A DNA stretch of 60,283 nt from a virus (IMGVR_UViG_3300017788_000995:1-60283); one strand, 5' to 3'. Positions 8,469-19,029 are shown, numbered from the stretch's first letter. The notes: generated by a model not told the origin, from the letters alone. A program made the numbers and translations.

Positions 8469-11400
8469 AGATTAACGCTGAGGTGTAGAAGCGTTCTTGC
8501 ACACGGCGGAAAGTGTTCTCATCGTTGCGAAGTTTATTATCGCCCCTGACTTCACCATTGATTACTGCTGGCTGGAACGCGGTGTTGATGAGATTCACGA
8601 TGGTTTCTGCTGCGCCGTTTCCACCACCGCCACCCTGTTGAATGATGTTGAATTCAGGGAAACTGAAAGGCCAGTTGTCAATGTCCATCTGGGCTACATT
8701 GTAGATGTTGGTTGATTCTGCTGGCTCAGGTGAAGGTAGAGGTGCTTGCGCTCCACCTGCAAGTGCCTTGAAGAAGGTCATTATCGCAAGAGCAAACAGC
8801 AACAGCGCGCCTCCTACAAGCAGCATGGGCAGCACAAGCGGCATTAGCAGCAGCACCATTGCACCGATTCCCAATGCAATCAAAGGCATCAGAGCAACAA
8901 TACCAAGCAATCCCAACAATCCTTCTGACATCTGAGCGATTGCGATTGAGAACAGCAATAGACCTGTTCCGAGCAACACCATGGCTACTCCAAACAAGAT
9001 GAAGCCAGGTGCAGCAAATCCTAGAGCAATCCCTGCAACAAACAAGAACGGAGCAAGCATTGCAAGTGCAGCAAGTGCAGCAATGGCAGGCAATACACCG
9101 GCAGCATTCGCTGCAAACGCACCCAATGCAGATCCAAGTGTAAGCAAGGCAAGACTAAACAGCATGAGTCCAGGCGTTGCTGCTGCGAGGAATAGACTAG
9201 AGATAAACAGAGCAGGTCCCATGAGCCCAAGTGCAAGCAACAGCGCAATGGCTGGAATGATTGCACCTGCGGTTCCAACAAAGGCAGCAAGTCCTGCTCC
9301 AAGCGACATCAAGGCAAATCCGAACAGCAAGAATCCAACAGATGCAACAGCAAGTAGAATGCTAGAAGCATAGAGCAATGGTGCAAGCAATCCAAGTGCG
9401 AACAGTATGGCTATCGCAGGCAGAATCGCTCCTGCGGTTCCAATGAACATTTGCATACCAATGCCAAGCGAGATCAACGCAAGACCGAACAGCAAGAATC
9501 CAACAGATGCAACTGCAAGTAGAATGCTTGCAACTGCAAGTAGCGGAGACAACAATGCAAGCGTACTAAGCAAAGCGATGGCAGCCGCAATCTCACCAAA
9601 TCCAATGCTCGCAAACATCTGCAATCCAAATCCTAGTGCAGCGAGTGCTGCACCAAACAGGAAGTAGCCTGGAGCGGCTAGAATCAACAGCAATCCTCCG
9701 AGAGCAAGCCATGGTGCAAGCATTGCAAGTCCTGCAAGCAATCCAAGCACCACGGGCAGAGAAGCAAGGCCTACACTTGCAAACATCTTCATTCCCAAAC
9801 CAAGCGAAACCAACGCTGCACCGAAGAGGAAGAATCCTGGCGCTGCGAGTAACAGTCCTATTCCTGCTATAGCCAGCATGGGGGCAAGCATTGCAAGTCC
9901 CGCAAGCAATATCAGCAGTACACCAACTCCTGCAAGTCCAACGCTTGCAAACAGTTGCATGGCTAGACCAAGCACATACATGGATGCTGCAAACACAAGC
10001 AATGCAATACTCATCACAAGCAGAACATTAGCGAGCATGAACATGAGCGGCAACACAGGTGCTATGAGCGGTGCTATGAGTGCAAGAGCAACTGCAAACG
10101 CTACAAACACACCGATACCAAGCAAAGCGCCCATCCAGTTGGTCTGTCCGAACAGATACATGGCGCCTGCAAATGCAAGCAACCCAACTGCAATGATTCC
10201 TAGTGCTGCCGCGCCTTGGATAACTTGAGCGTTTGCTAGTTTCTTCAGACCTTCAGCAAGCGCCTCGAAGATGGACTTTAGGCCTTCACCGAGGCCTTTC
10301 AGCGCAGAAGCCAGTCCACCTTTGAATGCTGCCAGACCATTCTTGATGCTGTCGAACAGTTTACCACCAAACAGTTTCTGCAAGAATCCTGTTTTGGCAT
10401 CAGGTTTTTCTGTTTCTTTTGCTGCATCTTCGGTGACCTTTTGCTCAGTTTGCGCTGCTTCTTCTCGGGGACCCAAGACTCGATTTCCCAAATCAGTTGC
10501 GAACTCTGTTGCTTTCTCTTTGGCTGCGGAAGTAAACTGAGTGATGTTTCCTTTGATCTGATTGCCGAACTTGAGTGCGCGATCTTTGAGATCACCAAAC
10601 ATCTTTCCGAGAGTGCTACCCGTCATGTTCACTGTGACCGCAACTCCTCCCGCTCCAGCCACGGCGCCAGCAGCAGCAGGGCCTGCCGCAGTTGCCTCAG
10701 GTGCCGCAGTTTGCAAGGCTTCGCCGAGGGGTGGAGTTGGTACTGCGATGGTTGTCGCCGCAGTTGCCGCTGCTTGTGGTTGCTGTAGAGAAGCAGTATT
10801 GAGTGCAATCTCAGCCAGGTTGTTGCTTGACAATTCCAAATGGCGTGTCATTGTCTGTGCTTGCGATAGCAAGTTTGATAGAACACTCGTGGTTTCGGGA
10901 CTTGCAAGCGTTGTAGGTGTGGTGTCAAAAACGCTGTCAACTATAGGGTTTTCGAGAGGCTGAGCAACCATTGGTGCTTCGGTTGAAGAACCTCGTACCA
11001 AGTTTCCCTGAGCATCATACGACAGATTGCCCTTAGCAACCTCGCTCACTAGACCGGCATTGATTCCCATACCACTATTCACTTGCAGATTGCGAAATAC
11101 CTGTTCTTGATTTAGTACAGGATTTGCTTGCAAGGCCGCTTGAATGTCTTCGTAGAGTTTCTTGACCTTCTCGTTTCCTTGCGCGCTTTCATCAAGTAAC
11201 GAATCAATGGATCGCTTTCTTGCTTCTATGAATGCGTTGTTTATTTGTTCTTCAGTTACACCAGCCTGAGTAGCACCTGTTCTAACCTTTTGCTGAAACT
11301 CGTTTTCGGATTGTTGTCTAGCAGCCAACTCAGTTTGCATTTTGGCTTCTGCTTCAGCAATTCGCTGTTGATCTCCGCTGATTTTAGCATTGACCAGTTC

Positions 11401-12282
11401 TTCTTTGGCATCAGTAACTCGTTTCTCTTGCTCTCGCTTGACATCCGCCGCCGCAGTAATCTTTTTCTGCTCTGCTTCTATCATTGCAACCTTGGCAGTA
11501 TCTCCTTGCACTTTGGCAAGTTCCAGTTCTGTTTGCATTCGCTCTTGAACCAGTTTAGCAGCCTCTGCATCCTGTCCAATGCGGATGTTTTGTGCAGCAT
11601 TGGATGCTTCTACTTCAGTCTCATAGGCATCTCGATTTCTTCTTGCTTCTGCTTCTGCTTCTTTTGCTCTGATGTCTGCGGCTGCTCTGATATCGTTCAA
11701 TCTACCTGCTGCAAATCGCTTCAGCATTCTACCAAAGAAGTTGCTGTCGAGTTTGTCAACAAATGGCGACAAATAGTTCGAGCGGATATCTTCCATTGTC
11801 TCGCCAAAGAATCCAACAGAGTTCTTTGACTGCTCTTTCAGCAATCTGCGAGATGATTTGATGTTGTCTAGGATGATTCGCTTCTGCGTTTCATCTTGCA
11901 GTCTTCTTGCATACTCTTCTCTGATCTCAAGGGTCTTGAATGCTCTAACAAAAGCACCGTCTGTACCATCGCGCATTGCTTCCGCAGCAACATCAAAGGT
12001 ATCTCTGATTTGATTCTTGGTTGCTTCGTCCAGTTTGCCTTTGCCTGCTGCTCGGAACTGAGCAGCGGCATCTCTTACTGCTTGTCTTTTCAACACATCA
12101 GTAACAGTATCTGCAATCTGTCTCAGCGGTTCAGCGCGTTCCAAACCTATACGGAAAGTCTTGACGCTGCTTCCTGCATCGCTTACCGCTTTGTTCATAG
12201 CGTCAGTTGACTCCATGGCGCGCAGGAAACTGTCTGCTAACGGTATGACATCTAGTGGTTGGTTTGGATTTGGTGGTGGCAT
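8467..12282 (-). CDS. Tape measure / baseplate hub protein (T4 gp29 position)
   Basis: 1271 aa directly downstream of gp26 and gp51. Coiled-coil N-terminal half and a long hydrophobic 55-56 aa repeat region. Confidence 0.75.
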   Translation of the reverse strand: MPPPNPNQPLDVIPLADSFLRAMESTDAMNKAVSDAGSSVKTFRIGLERAEPLRQIADTVTDVLKRQAVRDAAAQFRAAGKGKLDEATKNQIRDTFDVAAEAMRDGTDGAFVRAFKTLEIREEYARRLQDETQKRIILDNIKSSRRLLKEQSKNSVGFFGETMEDIRSNYLSPFVDKLDSNFFGRMLKRFAAGRLNDIRAAADIRAKEAEAEARRNRDAYETEVEASNAAQNIRIGQDAEAAKLVQERMQTELELAKVQGDTAKVAMIEAEQKKITAAADVKREQEKRVTDAKEELVNAKISGDQQRIAEAEAKMQTELAARQQSENEFQQKVRTGATQAGVTEEQINNAFIEARKRSIDSLLDESAQGNEKVKKLYEDIQAALQANPVLNQEQVFRNLQVNSGMGINAGLVSEVAKGNLSYDAQGNLVRGSSTEAPMVAQPLENPIVDSVFDTTPTTLASPETTSVLSNLLSQAQTMTRHLELSSNNLAEIALNTASLQQPQAAATAATTIAVPTPPLGEALQTAAPEATAAGPAAAGAVAGAGGVAVTVNMTGSTLGKMFGDLKDRALKFGNQIKGNITQFTSAAKEKATEFATDLGNRVLGPREEAAQTEQKVTEDAAKETEKPDAKTGFLQKLFGGKLFDSIKNGLAAFKGGLASALKGLGEGLKSIFEALAEGLKKLANAQVIQGAAALGIIAVGLLAFAGAMYLFGQTNWMGALLGIGVFVAFAVALALIAPLIAPVLPLMFMLANVLLVMSIALLVFAASMYVLGLAMQLFASVGLAGVGVLLILLAGLAMLAPMLAIAGIGLLLAAPGFFLFGAALVSLGLGMKMFASVGLASLPVVLGLLAGLAMLAPWLALGGLLLILAAPGYFLFGAALAALGFGLQMFASIGFGEIAAAIALLSTLALLSPLLAVASILLAVASVGFLLFGLALISLGIGMQMFIGTAGAILPAIAILFALGLLAPLLYASSILLAVASVGFLLFGFALMSLGAGLAAFVGTAGAIIPAIALLLALGLMGPALFISSLFLAAATPGLMLFSLALLTLGSALGAFAANAAGVLPAIAALAALAMLAPFLFVAGIALGFAAPGFILFGVAMVLLGTGLLLFSIAIAQMSEGLLGLLGIVALMPLIALGIGAMVLLLMPLVLPMLLVGGALLLFALAIMTFFKALAGGAQAPLPSPEPAESTNIYNVAQMDIDNWPFSFPEFNIIQQGGGGGNGAAETIVNLINTAFQPAVINGEVRGDNKLRNDENTFRRVQERFYTSALI

Positions 12283-12286
12283 CTAC

Positions 12287-12508
12287 TTACCTTGTTCGTC
12301 TTGCGGGTCTAGAAACTCTGCCTGCGGACTTAGCCTTGGCAGCCTGAGCCTTCATCTGCTCATTCTCCTTCTTGATGCGCTCATTCTCTTTCTTCACCCA
12401 CTCAACCAACAGGTGTACATAGATCGCCCTCTCCCACGGCATCATTTCTTCCAACTCAGTCAGCGAGTACTTGTGATGCTGAATGAGTTGAAAGTTCGTG
12501 TGCATCAT
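12287..12508 (-). CDS. gp51: Baseplate hub assembly catalyst
   Basis: NFQLIQHHKYSLTELEEMMPWERAIYV motif; follows gp26. Confidence 0.85.
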   Translation of the reverse strand: MMHTNFQLIQHHKYSLTELEEMMPWERAIYVHLLVEWVKKENERIKKENEQMKAQAAKAKSAGRVSRPARRTR

Positions 12509-12510
12509 GT

Positions 12511-13272
12511 TTACGATGCTGTCGTGGCAGAGGAGGATCGGAAAAAATCTTGGAGTCCCTTCAGAACAACCAACTGCTTTTGTTCTGTGCAGGGATTGAA
12601 GATTTCTGCTTCATGCTCTAGTTTCGGCATAGTCTCGAAGAACGATGTGATCTTTACGAACTGCTCTTGGGTCAGAGACTCCAAGAACGAGTCGATCTCT
12701 TTCGCTCCAACATCTTCGGCAGCGTGCATCTCTTCATTCTCAAAGATGTACTCTACGCATTCCTTGACCACCTCGAAAGCAAGCATGGGGTCTTTGCTGA
12801 GATCACCGCTCTTTGCGCCTTTGCCTGACATACGAGTAGCAAGATCGAGTTTCGGATAGCGCATGATGACTCCCACCTTGCGTTTCTTGTCTTCAAACAC
12901 GGTGATCGTGTTGGTGTGATTTTCGGTGATCTTGGGGTGAACATCATCTAGATTCAGCGGCACCTTGACTTCTGCACCGCAGTCCAGTTTCACGACAGGC
13001 TCCACGGTGTTTCCAACCGACTTGGATCGTAGTTGCAAGAACAGCCATTCAATATCGAACAGAGGCAGTTCATCCACATCAAATCCTGGCGTTTGAACGC
13101 AATTGCTGATGATGGTTCTGAGGGCACTGATGGTTTCTTTGTCCTTTTTGGATTCCAATGCCATCAGTAGAATCTTCTCTTCCTTCACCAAGAATGGTCT
13201 GAACTTAACAGATTTGCCAGTCGAGATGAGTTTTGTTTCATATGTTGGTGTGCCAATGATTGGTAATGCCAT
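12511..13272 (-). CDS. gp26: Baseplate hub subunit
   Basis: MALP..TPTY...KFRPFLVKEEKILL...FDIE.LFLQLRSKSVG...LKGLQDFF. Confidence 0.9.
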   Translation of the reverse strand: MALPIIGTPTYETKLISTGKSVKFRPFLVKEEKILLMALESKKDKETISALRTIISNCVQTPGFDVDELPLFDIEWLFLQLRSKSVGNTVEPVVKLDCGAEVKVPLNLDDVHPKITENHTNTITVFEDKKRKVGVIMRYPKLDLATRMSGKGAKSGDLSKDPMLAFEVVKECVEYIFENEEMHAAEDVGAKEIDSFLESLTQEQFVKITSFFETMPKLEHEAEIFNPCTEQKQLVVLKGLQDFFRSSSATTAS

Positions 13273-13341
13273 GCTGTTCTCCTATAGGTGTATCGTCGAA
13301 TCACGCATTGTAATAATGCGACTCATGTTATGTATGCTGCC

Positions 13342-13956
13342 TTATAGAAGTGATCCCAAGTCTGGAAGAGAGATGCCACCTCCACCTCCAAGACCCGACT
13401 GTATACGCATCTGTTCAATTCTATCTTGGACTTCTTCCAATGGAACAACTCCAGATGCCAGAAAGTTCTTGTAAGCGAACTTGACTTTCACCGTTACGAA
13501 TGCAGCATCTCCAGCCTCGTTTGCAAAGTCTATGGCTTCAATCTCGGTGGGGTATATCTCGTAGAATTTCCAGGCATATCGCATTACTCCTTTCTTGTCA
13601 TACTGCTGTAGCCCAAGATCGCACACATAGTTCACATAGTAGTTTGGATTTCCACTTTTGGGATCAACCACCTGATCCATCCATCTATTGAACAGATCAC
13701 GCTCGTATCCGTCTTGTCCCAACAAGAACTCCATGGCAAGATCATCTGTGAACTCTTCTCTTGCTGCAATGGTTCGCTTTGGACCGTATGTTTGCAGATC
13801 GTTCCCTGCTACTTTTCTACCAGGCACAGATACATTCCGAACAGTTAGATTCAAGCGTTCGTTATCTGTGCCAGGTCTACCGATGAAAAGTCCCCATCGG
13901 GTAGGATCCAATGGTTTGACTCTTGATATGGCTGCAATGAACTTGTCTATACGCAT
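13342..13956 (-). CDS. gp54: Baseplate tail-tube initiator (gp54/gp19-like fold)
   Basis: SVPG, F..WMD.V, YYVNYV, YP, V.FAY tube-protein motifs; gene order. Confidence 0.7.
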   Translation of the reverse strand: MRIDKFIAAISRVKPLDPTRWGLFIGRPGTDNERLNLTVRNVSVPGRKVAGNDLQTYGPKRTIAAREEFTDDLAMEFLLGQDGYERDLFNRWMDQVVDPKSGNPNYYVNYVCDLGLQQYDKKGVMRYAWKFYEIYPTEIEAIDFANEAGDAAFVTVKVKFAYKNFLASGVVPLEEVQDRIEQMRIQSGLGGGGGISLPDLGSLL

Positions 13957-13965
13957 GGTGTCTCC

Positions 13966-14589
13966 TTACAGATCCCTGATTTGCTTCAACATTTCTGTAT
14001 TCACTGCATTCTGTGTTCTGATTGTCCCACGATACTGTGCAACAGGAAGCAAAGATGCGGTGATCCATCCGTTCGTTGGAATCTCACCAACCACAGATCG
14101 AAAGCGCCTGAGTTTGTATGTTCGTACAGCAACTCGCATAAAGTTTAGTGTGGTTCCATTGATGTAATCGTAGTCCAGTTTAGATATGTGATTCTTATTC
14201 GGTGGAAATCGTGGATCAGTTTTATACAGCATCTCTGCGATGGCAAGCAGGCGATATCTCATCGGCAGATAGTGAAGATTGAATCCCACGATATGATTGC
14301 TCTTGATCGTGAATGGCAGCACCACAGGAAACCGATCATAGTAGTCTTCCACTTTACTTGCTCTGTATTCAAACATATACAGTCTTCCAAACCCTATGTC
14401 TTCAGGACTGATTTTGGTAGTACCTTCTATGGCTGTACGAAATGGAACAAACGACTTGGTTGTTGTTCCGTACAATGCTCGGATCTCTCGGTAGAACCAA
14501 ATCATGGCCGCTTCGATGCTCTTGTCTTGCTTGAGCGCATCGGTGTATTCTTTGTATAGTTGCTCGTATATGTCTTGCTTCTTTGCCAT
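13966..14589 (-). CDS. gp2: DNA end protector protein
   Basis: GRLYMFEY...YYDRFPVV...GFNLHYLP..R. Start moved to MAKKQ (TAATG overlap with the gp4 stop). Confidence 0.85.
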   Translation of the reverse strand: MAKKQDIYEQLYKEYTDALKQDKSIEAAMIWFYREIRALYGTTTKSFVPFRTAIEGTTKISPEDIGFGRLYMFEYRASKVEDYYDRFPVVLPFTIKSNHIVGFNLHYLPMRYRLLAIAEMLYKTDPRFPPNKNHISKLDYDYINGTTLNFMRVAVRTYKLRRFRSVVGEIPTNGWITASLLPVAQYRGTIRTQNAVNTEMLKQIRDL

Positions 14590-15050
14590 TATGGTTTCAG
14601 ATCCTTGTCGGTGATGATCTTGAACACCCAACCTCGTTCTTTACAGTACTGACTTGCTGCTGCCCACTTGGCAGAGTTGATACCCCAATCCTTTACGCTT
14701 CGCACATAGTCTCGGTAGTCTCTTCTGCGGCGATCCACTTTGCCCTCAAATATCCGTATTTTCGGTGCAATGCATTGCCTGTATGGTTTAATCTCAACCA
14801 TAATAGTCTGCTCCATCCCCCCTGAGTCATCAATAGCGATCACGAAATCAACAAAGTATCTATGCCATTTGCCATCTATTGGGGATACATAAGGAATGTA
14901 CAGTTCCTCAGACGCCCACCATCTAACTGTTGCGTTGGTGTCACAGTAAACCATGAATCTGCGTTCCAATAAACTGCGATAGATGATGTTCGTGGAGTCT
15001 CCACGGTACTTGGAAGTATTGGTTGGTTTGTACTTTCCCCTGTATGCCAT
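14589..15050 (-). CDS. gp4: Head completion nuclease (TnsA-like)
   Basis: MAYRGKYKP.N..KY.GD...YRS..E...WASEE...HRYFVDF...EIKP...N.AKW.AA. Confidence 0.92.
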   Translation of the reverse strand: MAYRGKYKPTNTSKYRGDSTNIIYRSLLERRFMVYCDTNATVRWWASEELYIPYVSPIDGKWHRYFVDFVIAIDDSGGMEQTIMVEIKPYRQCIAPKIRIFEGKVDRRRRDYRDYVRSVKDWGINSAKWAAASQYCKERGWVFKIITDKDLKP

Positions 15051-15063
15051 ACATACCTATGTA
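15050..15063. promoter_or_regulatory. Palindromic pair of divergent late-promoter-like boxes, TACATA-CC-TATGTA
   Basis: Perfect inverted repeat in the short gap between divergent gp4 and gp48. Confidence 0.6.
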
Positions 15064-15077
15064 GGGTAGGAGATCAA

Positions 15078-16043
15078 ATGCCAGACAACAACAATCGCGG
15101 AAGACTGTTGAATGACGGTCTAAACAGCGGCATATTTGCCAAACTTGAACGGGTCGAAACACCCGCAGGAACCATTGCAACCATGCAGTATCCTATGGAA
15201 GTTGGCACAGAAGTCATGCAGAACTTCATCCTGCTTACAGCATACTCAGATCAACCAATGAAGTTTGATACTTCGGTGAAAGCATCAAGCAAGCGTGGAA
15301 ATCTCTTTGGAGTTATCTCGGCCGGACTAGGTGGAACTCCAGGCTCTATCGTGAATGTTGCGGGTGCGCTGTTTGATCTTGCAGGATTCAATGCACGAAA
15401 GTCACAAAGCAATGAGTCGTTTGTAGCAACTACTCGTCTTGCGGGAAATGTTGCCAGACAACCACAAGAAAGCATTGCTTTGTACATTCCAGGCGGAATC
15501 GAGATCAGCATGAGTGCTGAATACGAGATGGTCGAATCAGAGAGAAGAGGATGGGGAGGAATGTTTACTGGTATGCTCAAGGGAGCCATGAATGCAGTTG
15601 GAGACTTCTTTACGCCTGGAGGAGAACAAAGTCGTCTGTTGAAGACCGGCAAAGCCAAGAACCCGAACAAAGAAGTGTCATTCAAAGAGGTGAAGGAACG
15701 CTCTTTCACATTCGAGTACACCTTTGCTCCCAAGAGTGCAGATGAAACCGATATGGTTTATCAGATCATCAAAACTTGCCGTTGGCATTCGCATCCTTCA
15801 TTAGATGGTGCTACTAGTTTCAAAGTTCCATCTGAATGGGAGTTGCAGTTCTTCATCAATGGCAGAGAGAACAGATACATTCCTAGACTACGCAGACTTG
15901 TTTGCACCAAGTTCGATGTGACATACGGAGATGAAAGTGGATTTGTTTCGTTTGAAGATGGCGCACCAACCTATCTCACCGTTTCAATGGGATTCCAAGA
16001 AGTCGAACCGTTGCACAGAGAGCATATCGAGAAAGGCTTCTGA
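15078..16043 (+). CDS. gp48: Baseplate tail tube cap
   Basis: YP...IALYIP...NPN.E..F.....R.F.F.Y.FAPKS..E motif; upstream of gp53. Confidence 0.85.
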   Translation: MPDNNNRGRLLNDGLNSGIFAKLERVETPAGTIATMQYPMEVGTEVMQNFILLTAYSDQPMKFDTSVKASSKRGNLFGVISAGLGGTPGSIVNVAGALFDLAGFNARKSQSNESFVATTRLAGNVARQPQESIALYIPGGIEISMSAEYEMVESERRGWGGMFTGMLKGAMNAVGDFFTPGGEQSRLLKTGKAKNPNKEVSFKEVKERSFTFEYTFAPKSADETDMVYQIIKTCRWHSHPSLDGATSFKVPSEWELQFFINGRENRYIPRLRRLVCTKFDVTYGDESGFVSFEDGAPTYLTVSMGFQEVEPLHREHIEKGF

Positions 16044-16954
16044 TGGGTTACTTCAACAAGTTTCCAAACCTGTACTACGATGTAAAAGGCAACAAGAACT
16101 ATCAAGTTGCTGTCGATATACTTCGCAGAGTTCGTATCAATTCCAAAGCAGTTGAAGGGTCTTTGTATGGTGAATATACGGTTAAAGACACAGACCGTCC
16201 TGATACCATTGCTCACAAACTGTATGGTGATTCGGAACTACATTGGGTGATCTTGCTGTTCAATGAGATACACAATCCATACTATGAATGGCCCATGGCA
16301 TACCATGAGTTCTTGCGCTACTGCAAGAACAAATATCCAGGCAATGCGTTTCTGATGGAGATGCATCCAGTAAAGCAGAGTCCACTTCCATCTGTACGCA
16401 AGCGCAGAGATCACAAGATCATCGAAGGATACTATGCATTCGGTATAACAGGATCAACGCTAAACACAAGCAAGCGTGCCTATGTTGTGTGTTGGGACAG
16501 AACCATGAACAAGGCCATTGTAGTAGATGAAGTTGGTTCTTTCCAAGACAACGATCTAGTTGGGTTTGCTGTGACAGGTAATGAAGAAGCAACTGCAAGT
16601 GGCATCATTCGTCGTATCCAACTAAACATCGAAGCAGTACACCACTTCGAGGATGACTCTGGAAACCAACTTGCTCCTCTTGCCTCTTATGACAATCTGA
16701 TACAGCAAGGTACAGAAGTGCAAGCGACCTCCACATTCGATGACTATGGAAGATTCTCTACGCTTCCGTTCTCTGAAACATTGCTAGGTGCTTATCTTGC
16801 CAATCAAACAGAAGCACAGACCATCAAAGCAGTAACCAATCTGCAATACGAAACCGAGATCAATGAGAAGCGCAGACAAATCAGACTGCCTGCTCCAGAG
16901 ATCGTGGGAGAAATAGCAAACAGGTTTGAGCAGATACTGAATGAAGAATTTTAA
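16043..16954 (+). CDS. gp53: Baseplate wedge subunit
   Basis: YF.KFP...RPDTIA.KLYG...LHWVILLFN...WP; C-terminal YE...NE..RQI. Confidence 0.88.
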   Translation: MGYFNKFPNLYYDVKGNKNYQVAVDILRRVRINSKAVEGSLYGEYTVKDTDRPDTIAHKLYGDSELHWVILLFNEIHNPYYEWPMAYHEFLRYCKNKYPGNAFLMEMHPVKQSPLPSVRKRRDHKIIEGYYAFGITGSTLNTSKRAYVVCWDRTMNKAIVVDEVGSFQDNDLVGFAVTGNEEATASGIIRRIQLNIEAVHHFEDDSGNQLAPLASYDNLIQQGTEVQATSTFDDYGRFSTLPFSETLLGAYLANQTEAQTIKAVTNLQYETEINEKRRQIRLPAPEIVGEIANRFEQILNEEF

Positions 16955-16956
16955 GC

Positions 16957-18336
16957 ATGAGCAATACTACCAATCACTTTGATATTCTAAGTCTCAAACT
17001 CATTTCCTATGCGAGTGGAAGTGAGCAAGACATCACAAAGATGTGGGATGAGATTGAGATATTTGAGGATATGTACACCAACTGTCTCAGCGGACAAGTC
17101 ACTATCATTGATTCGCTGAATCTCATCTACCACTTCAGCATCTGTGGTAGAGAAAAACTTGAGATCAGTTTCAAGACTCCATTCTTCGACAACCTGTACG
17201 GTGGAACAGCGGTCACTCGAACATTCAGAGTCTACAAAATTAGCGAACGCGAACCTCAAGCCAATGACAAGTCTTTACGATACACTCTTCACTTTGTGTC
17301 AGAAGAGTTCGTGAAGAGTCAGCAAACAAAGGTCAGCAAGGCATACGAAGGCCGAGTTGATGACATCATCGAAAAGATCTACACGGATTACTTGAAGATA
17401 GACTACACAGGAAACAACAAGAAGGGTCTTGATGTAAGCAAGACCATGTTTCGCCACAAGTTCATCATCCCATACTGGAGTCCATTGTCTGCGATAAATT
17501 GGCTAACTGCAAGAGCAGTCGATGCCGATAACAAAGAGAATTGCAACTTCATCTTTTACGAAGACCTTGAAGGATTCAAGATGAAGTCATTTGCCGAACT
17601 GGCTAAACAGCAACCCATCGGCGAGTACGAGTACTTTCCCCAAGTGAGAGAAGATAAAGATGGAGTTCCTGCTTCTCGGGATCTAATGAAAGAGTATAGA
17701 ACTGTGCGAGAGTTCTTGATGATGGAGTATCACAACACCATGAAGAACATCGAGAATGGCTTTTATGCTTCTCGTCTTCTGTTTCACGACATCGTGCGAA
17801 AGAAATGGGGATACATAGACTATGCATACAATGAAGAGTTCTTTGGTGCAGATCATATTGAAAAGCATCCACTTGTTGCAGCGAACAATGACAACTTGAG
17901 TCCACACCCACTCAGCAACTTCAAGTACTATCCCAAGCACAAGTGGATGTACGGCAACGAAAACCAGTATGCCGACAATGACAAGTATCAGGAGTGGGTA
18001 CTCAAGCGTAATGCCCAAATGCAGCAAATAGAAGGGGCGCGCCTACAGTTCACACTACCAGGCAACTCTAAGATCAGAGTTGGTCAGGTAATCAAACTCA
18101 CAGTACCTTCATTTGAAGAGAAACTGAATCCATTCATAGATTGGTTAGATAAGTACATGAGTGGTAAGTACATCATCAGCGCAATCAGACATAATCTGAG
18201 ATTACGGGATGGATACCGAATGAGGCTAGAACTGTCACGCGACTCTCTACCCACCGCAATACCAGACAGCAAGGTTTGGTACAAGGGCGTGTTTCCCGAG
18301 CAAGGGGATTTCTTCTCATCAAGTGTAAAGGTATAA
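16957..18336 (+). CDS. Baseplate hub protein (gp27-like)
   Basis: IFED.....SG...I.D, IPYWSP..AINWL, F.FYE, PGN....VG, SGKY.I..IRH; follows gp53. Confidence 0.75.
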   Translation: MSNTTNHFDILSLKLISYASGSEQDITKMWDEIEIFEDMYTNCLSGQVTIIDSLNLIYHFSICGREKLEISFKTPFFDNLYGGTAVTRTFRVYKISEREPQANDKSLRYTLHFVSEEFVKSQQTKVSKAYEGRVDDIIEKIYTDYLKIDYTGNNKKGLDVSKTMFRHKFIIPYWSPLSAINWLTARAVDADNKENCNFIFYEDLEGFKMKSFAELAKQQPIGEYEYFPQVREDKDGVPASRDLMKEYRTVREFLMMEYHNTMKNIENGFYASRLLFHDIVRKKWGYIDYAYNEEFFGADHIEKHPLVAANNDNLSPHPLSNFKYYPKHKWMYGNENQYADNDKYQEWVLKRNAQMQQIEGARLQFTLPGNSKIRVGQVIKLTVPSFEEKLNPFIDWLDKYMSGKYIISAIRHNLRLRDGYRMRLELSRDSLPTAIPDSKVWYKGVFPEQGDFFSSSVKV

Positions 18337-18346
18337 GGAGATTGAC

Positions 18347-18496
18347 ATGGATAACAAAATCAAACTCATCGAATCTGATAACAATGCAAGCATGACTGAA
18401 CAAGAGTTGGTGGAGTGGAAACTATGGGCAGAGAAGTGTCTAACAGAAGACAACACTAACTCGGCTATGTCTAGTCAGGACTTGAAAACCAAGTGA
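18347..18496 (+). CDS. Small hypothetical protein (49 aa)
   Basis: AAGGAG RBS, then MDNKIKLIESDNNASMTEQELVEWKLWAEKC...; below the ORF-track length cutoff. Confidence 0.55.
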   Translation: MDNKIKLIESDNNASMTEQELVEWKLWAEKCLTEDNTNSAMSSQDLKTK

Positions 18497-19029
18497 TGCC
18501 CATACTTGCAGATGTAATATGCATCTGCCAAGTCTGCTACTGGACTCTTGATCTGATCTGAAGCAACCCCAAGAATCCCCTGCAAATCCAAACGGCATTC
18601 TGCTTTGAAAGCGGCGTACATATCTTCTTTGTTTGCATTGCCTCGACCTGTTGCAAACTTCTTTACCTGTGTGGGAGGAACACTCTTGTATTCGATCTTG
18701 CTTTCCCACAGACGATACTTGAAGATGCCTGTGTTTTCTCCGATATGAAACACCTTGCCTTTGGCAGCAAACGCATAGTCTTCAATGCATACGAAGTCGC
18801 AATCTTTCACTATGTCTAATGTCCACGCCGATATGGAACCATACCGTTGGCACTCATGCTTGTGTTCTTGCATGAGAGTTCCGTGTATGTTGTTAGGGAA
18901 ACTCTGCTCGTACTTCTTTGTGCCAGACATGAAGTGCATGGTGCATTCAGAGATGCAGAACTTCTTATCGCCTTCAAAGACGCACACAGCAGGGCAGCGC
19001 AAACTGTAATCCACGCCTGCAATTCTCAT
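18475..19029 (-). CDS. RuvC-like Holliday junction resolvase
   Basis: IAGVDYS, IEDY, PTQVKKFATG.GNA.KE, DLADAY. Confidence 0.85.
   Translation of the reverse strand: MRIAGVDYSLRCPAVCVFEGDKKFCISECTMHFMSGTKKYEQSFPNNIHGTLMQEHKHECQRYGSISAWTLDIVKDCDFVCIEDYAFAAKGKVFHIGENTGIFKYRLWESKIEYKSVPPTQVKKFATGRGNANKEDMYAAFKAECRLDLQGILGVASDQIKSPVADLADAYYICKYGHHLVFKS

Noticed and set aside
8497-12210. Multiple plus-strand ORFs inside the tape measure gene
   Set aside because: Antisense shadows of a repetitive Ala/Leu/Gly-rich gene, with no RBS or motifs.
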